DNA of 64,000 bases from NCBI GenBank assembly GCA_964016885.1, contig CAXHJY010000907.1, positions 10,843-74,842 on the forward strand, given 5' to 3'. Positions 49,460 to 64,000 of the stretch are shown in pieces (the first letter of the stretch is position 1; each line of letters starts with the position of its first letter). The notes under the pieces were generated by a model. It did no database searches and was not told where the DNA came from. It saw nothing but the letters and a program-made list of their open reading frames with translations. The position numbers were made by a program, and so were the translations under genes. The stretch is from Eledone cirrhosa. Its lineage: Eukaryota.

Positions 49460-51402
49460 CTGAAATCTTTGCAAAAATAACCAACTGGCCATTTCCTTTC
49501 ATAATTGTGTGTTATCTACACGCACATTATATATATTAAACAGATAGACACACACACAAATGACTGAGATCAGTAAAATTAAAAATAAAAGAACCGATTA
49601 CTTAAAAAAAGATTGAAAACATTTTTAAAATGGGAAAAGCTAGTAAAGTAACCTTGGATTAAAAAAAAAAGTAGATAGCGCCTGCGAGGAATAAAAGAAT
49701 ATATATTACACACACACACACACACACTATAAATATGGATGAGATGTTACTAATCAAGACCAATAAGACCGTTATTCAACTTAGTACTATGTACTTAAGA
49801 AATATAGAGTAGATATTAAGGGCTTTCTGCACTTTTGCTGCTTCGATAGCAAATTTGCTATCGAAACTATGGCAGAGATCTTTATTATATATATAATCTT
49901 TGAGTGATTGTTCTGTTTGTCTTTTTTTTTTTATCTTGAACTATATATATAGAGATAGATAGACACCGAGCTAAAAAAAACGTTAATTAATAAGTATATA
50001 ATAAACATGGTAAAAGTTGAAGCCCCAGCACTCCAACACTTCTCTTCACAAATATATATATATATTTACGTCAGTTAGAAGTAGGACTGAGAAAATATAC
50101 GGTGCTGCCAGCGAGCGAGTGGATGGGAACACGCACACACAAAGCATGCTTCTCGATGCGCGCACGGACGTGTGTGTGTGTATATATCAAAGAATGCCTA
50201 TTATTTGTGTGTGTGTGTGTATATATATATATAGAGAGAGAGAGTGTGTGTGTGTTGTGTTTGTGTGTAGACACCTGAGGTAAAAGCTTCGAAGAAAACA
50301 AATATAGAATGTCATGTAAAATGCGTTAGACAAAATTGTTTCTAATATAACGTTTTCTATTCATAATAAACAGTGAAGACAGAAAGCGTGCTGTTTGTTA
50401 TTGTGTCGAACTCCCATCACACGGTCCATTGTAGTTCATTATGGCGAATAGAAACAGAATATAGAATAAATAACCTTAGCTGGCAGAAAGAAAAAGGAGA
50501 CAACGAAAAAATAAAGTCCTATCTTGACATTGTCATTTTTTAATCTGTCGAACAAAACAACAAAAACAAAAAACAAACTCTCATTACACTTTAATACAGA
50601 ACATATCACTACACTTCAATATATCATATTAAACTTTAATACATGATATATACACTCGCTACACTTTAATACAGAATATATACACTTTAATACAACATAT
50701 ATTAAACTTTAATACATATTTTAAAGTATGAACACGTTTATTTTGAATGTCTGGCTTTTAATGACGAAAGGGAAATCACATTGGACAAAGACGTGCTAGT
50801 GAAATACAATGGTTAATTTTATTATATCTGATAATCACTGGCAGACTGACCGTTATAATGAATACATAGATGGTTAGCTTGTGTTGTGGCTAGATAGGAC
50901 GTTTATAAATCTCAACACGACTATTGTTATTATATGCAAAAATCAAATCAATGTTAACGGATATCAGGAAAATATCCTTGATGTTATCATTATTATTTAT
51001 TTCAATATATATCAATAAGGCGGTGCCCCAGTATGACCAGCCTGATGACTGAAACTAGAATATATTTATATATATATTATGTACACAAACACATACGAAA
51101 AATGTTATTTATTCTTTCTCTGTAAATAACTGACAATATAATAGAAACAGTATTGGGAGAGATTACTAGTCGAGTAAAGAAAGAAAAGATTATAAAGAAG
51201 GTGAGATGAGATATATTCGAGGTAAGGGAAAACGTGATAAGAGGAGGGGCGGAGGATGGTGAGAATGATGGTTGATGGTGGGGGAAAATGTTATCTCTCT
51301 TAACACAAGAGAACTCCGCACTAACTGCTGCTCTTTCATCTAATTTCTCTGCACTTTTCTGGGGATGAGGAAAGTGTAAAATGAAAGAGTGAATTTACTC
51401 AC

Positions 51403-51457
51403 CGTCAAAGCACCAGTAGGCATTATGAAATGCATCCTGCTCAACATTTATAGCTCT
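51403..51457 (-). other. Candidate exon (or 3' end of first exon) of unidentified gene; ATG at 51447 gives MLSRMHFIMPTGALT
   Basis: cttttctcctccttttccAG acceptor and ACG|GTGAGT donor; product not recognised. Confidence 0.6.
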
Positions 51458-51639
51458 CTGGAAAAGGAGGAGAAAAGTGAGATGAATCATTTGAAAGGCA
51501 GCTGTGTTTCAGTTGACTGAGCAGACAGTAACACACACACACAAGCAGGGATGGCGGTGAGCAGGCAGAGTGAAAGAACTATAGTAACAGTACTGCTAAT
51601 GATGATGATGGTGGTTTAGAGGAGTTGGTAAACCAACCG

Positions 51640-51965
51640 CCTGCTAGCTTGCTTGCCTTGCTCTGCCTGCTTCTGTATGTGTGAGTGTGTGTAGTGTCTA
51701 TATCTTTGCTTGGTTTGGTCCGCCTGCTTCTGTTTGTGTGTAATGTCTATGTGTAAATCTGTATGTGTCTTTGCTTGGCTTGGTCTGACTGCTTCTGTCT
51801 GTGTGTATGTCTGTACATGAGCGTAGTGTCTATGTGTAAATTTCTGTGTGTCTTTACTTGGCTTGGTATATAAGTGTGTAGTGCCTGTGTCTGCCTGCTT
51901 CTGTATTTGTGTGTGTGTCTTTACTTGGCTTGGCGTGTATGTCTGTGTCTTTGCTTGCCAGTCTG
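51640..51965. repeat. Diverged ~60-80 bp tandem repeat in putative first exon/5' UTR
   Basis: Recurrent tctttgcttggcttgg..ctgcctgcttctgt..tgtgtg..gtagtgtct units. Confidence 0.7.
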
Positions 51966-52706
51966 CTTGTTGGACCACCTCTGGGCAGGGAGTGTAGAAC
52001 ACAGAATGAAAACGACACACGTACACAGTGAAATGGAGAAGAAGGCTTGACAACTAATAATCTTAGCATTCAGCTAAAAAAGAAATTCTGGACACACACA
52101 CACACGTATATTATATATAAACACATACCATCTAGCAAACATTAAGCAGACTGTTTTAAACCAGAGCCTAGGAATATTCAATACTCAAGCAGGGACTTTG
52201 GAGCCAGTCATATAAAGTCATTGATTTAATAGTGGGAGCTAGGCAGCATCCGGATATATTTTCCAAACGGTTCGCTCCTTATCTCCTCAGCTGCTAAAGA
52301 AGCCAAATATTTGTGTGGGGACTTGTAGTGAATTTTATTGTGATCGCTTCGACGAAGTAAAATGTTTCTGGTGAAAAAAAAGCTACGAGATAGAGAGAAG
52401 GGTGAAACTGAAAATATGAAGAATACAAGAGAGAGAACATAAGGTTGCGAGGAATTAGGAAGGAAGAGAGAGTGTAGGGGGGGGGGGAGACAAGAAATAA
52501 GTTGAAGACGGTACGAAAAAGGAGGGAGAGAGACATACATATGTATAAAGATGCAAATGTTGAATGGAAGTTAAGAGAGAGGGTGAAAGTGAAGAAGAGA
52601 AAGAAACGGAAAGACAAGACGAGGAAATTATGGATAAATAGCAGTGAGGGAGCGCGCAAATTTTAAGCGCTCGTGTCTGTGTGTGTGTGTGCATATAAAA
52701 TATAAA

Positions 52707-52901
52707 CATATATATATATACATATATATATACACACATATATATATATATATATGTACATATATATATATACATATATATATACACACATATATATATA
52801 TATATATGTACATATATATATATACATATATACATATATATATATATACATATATACACACATATATATATATATGTACATATATATATATACATATATA
52901 C

Positions 52902-52934
<33 letters not shown>

Positions 52935-52949
52935 CATATATACATATAC

Positions 52950-53048
<99 letters not shown>

Positions 53049-53175
53049 CATATACACATATACATATATATATATATATATACATATATATATACATATA
53101 TACATATACATATATACATATACATATATACATATACATATATATATATACATATATATATACATATATATATAC

Positions 53176-53207
<32 letters not shown>

Positions 53208-53234
53208 ATATATACATATATACATATACATATA

Positions 53235-53286
<52 letters not shown>

Positions 53287-53316
53287 CATATATATACATA
53301 TATATAATATATATAC

Positions 53317-53365
<49 letters not shown>

Positions 53366-53376
53366 CATATATATAC
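52707..53376. repeat. (TA)n/TACA microsatellite array, block 1
   Basis: TA runs punctuated by CA. Confidence 0.97.
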
Positions 53377-53780
53377 AATATTAAATAAATGGAAAACTAT
53401 ATTTATAAAACCATATTTATTTCATTATATATATTTCGGGGATATCATATTAACAATATGCTATGCCTTCATCAGACAAAATACAATATAAACAGTTTTA
53501 TAGATAAATATATTCGACATACCGTAATAAACATCAACTTCATTTGAAGAGGTTTACGCTAGCAGTGAAAATACAGAGAGAAAGAAAGAGAGAAAGAAAA
53601 GAGGGAAAAAAGAAAGAAAGAAAGACAAAACGAAGAAAAGGAAGAAAAAGAAGAAATGCATGGGACAAAATAGAGAGATGGAAAAATATTGTAAATATAC
53701 TCCAAATATTTGTCGAGTGCTTTTATATCAGTTATAAATATTTACTAGTTGTAACCCAACAATTTTAAATATAACTTTAC

Positions 53781-63986
<10,206 letters not shown>

Positions 63987-64000
63987 TATATTTATATTAT

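Larger units (their letters stand above)
49600..52700 (-). promoter_or_regulatory. CpG-retaining, transposon-poor promoter/first-exon region of a minus-strand transcript
   Basis: Many CpGs (gcgagcgag, gcgcgcacgg, gagcgcgc) in contrast to the CpG-depleted 1-49 kb; GC box ggggcgga near 51246; strong donor at 51397-51402; judged by eye. Confidence 0.55.

Noticed and set aside
50847-50860. tgaccgttataatg resembling part of miR-2001 (recalled)
   Set aside because: Seed and 3' end do not match and there is no evident precursor hairpin
51041-51056. cctgatgactgaaac resembling a hammerhead core
   Set aside because: No stem II; matches a SINE/LINE 3' tail also seen at ~29410-29465

Overview
AT-rich animal genomic DNA. 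The repeat families resemble those of an octopod cephalopod (inference from recalled SINE/RTE motifs, not a database result). No intact protein-coding gene is supportable. Positions 1-49.5 kb are a CpG-depleted, repeat-dense tract that looks like large introns of a minus-strand transcript. That transcript has several small candidate exons (51403-51457, 49441-49459, 35323-35453, 4716-4779, perhaps 26991-27110) and a CpG-retaining promoter-like region at ~49.6-52.7 kb. The repeats include a full-length decayed mariner (30295-31605), a large RTE-clade LINE with a PHD finger inside its RT (19716-22085), and other LINE fragments. There are also tRNA-type SINEs, two abundant TTAA (piggyBac-like) MITE families, Tc1/mariner and hAT MITEs, foldback palindromes and Penelope-type hammerhead-ribozyme-like motifs. 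The last ~11 kb is a giant (TA)n/TACA array, and all its long YI-repeat ORFs are artefacts.
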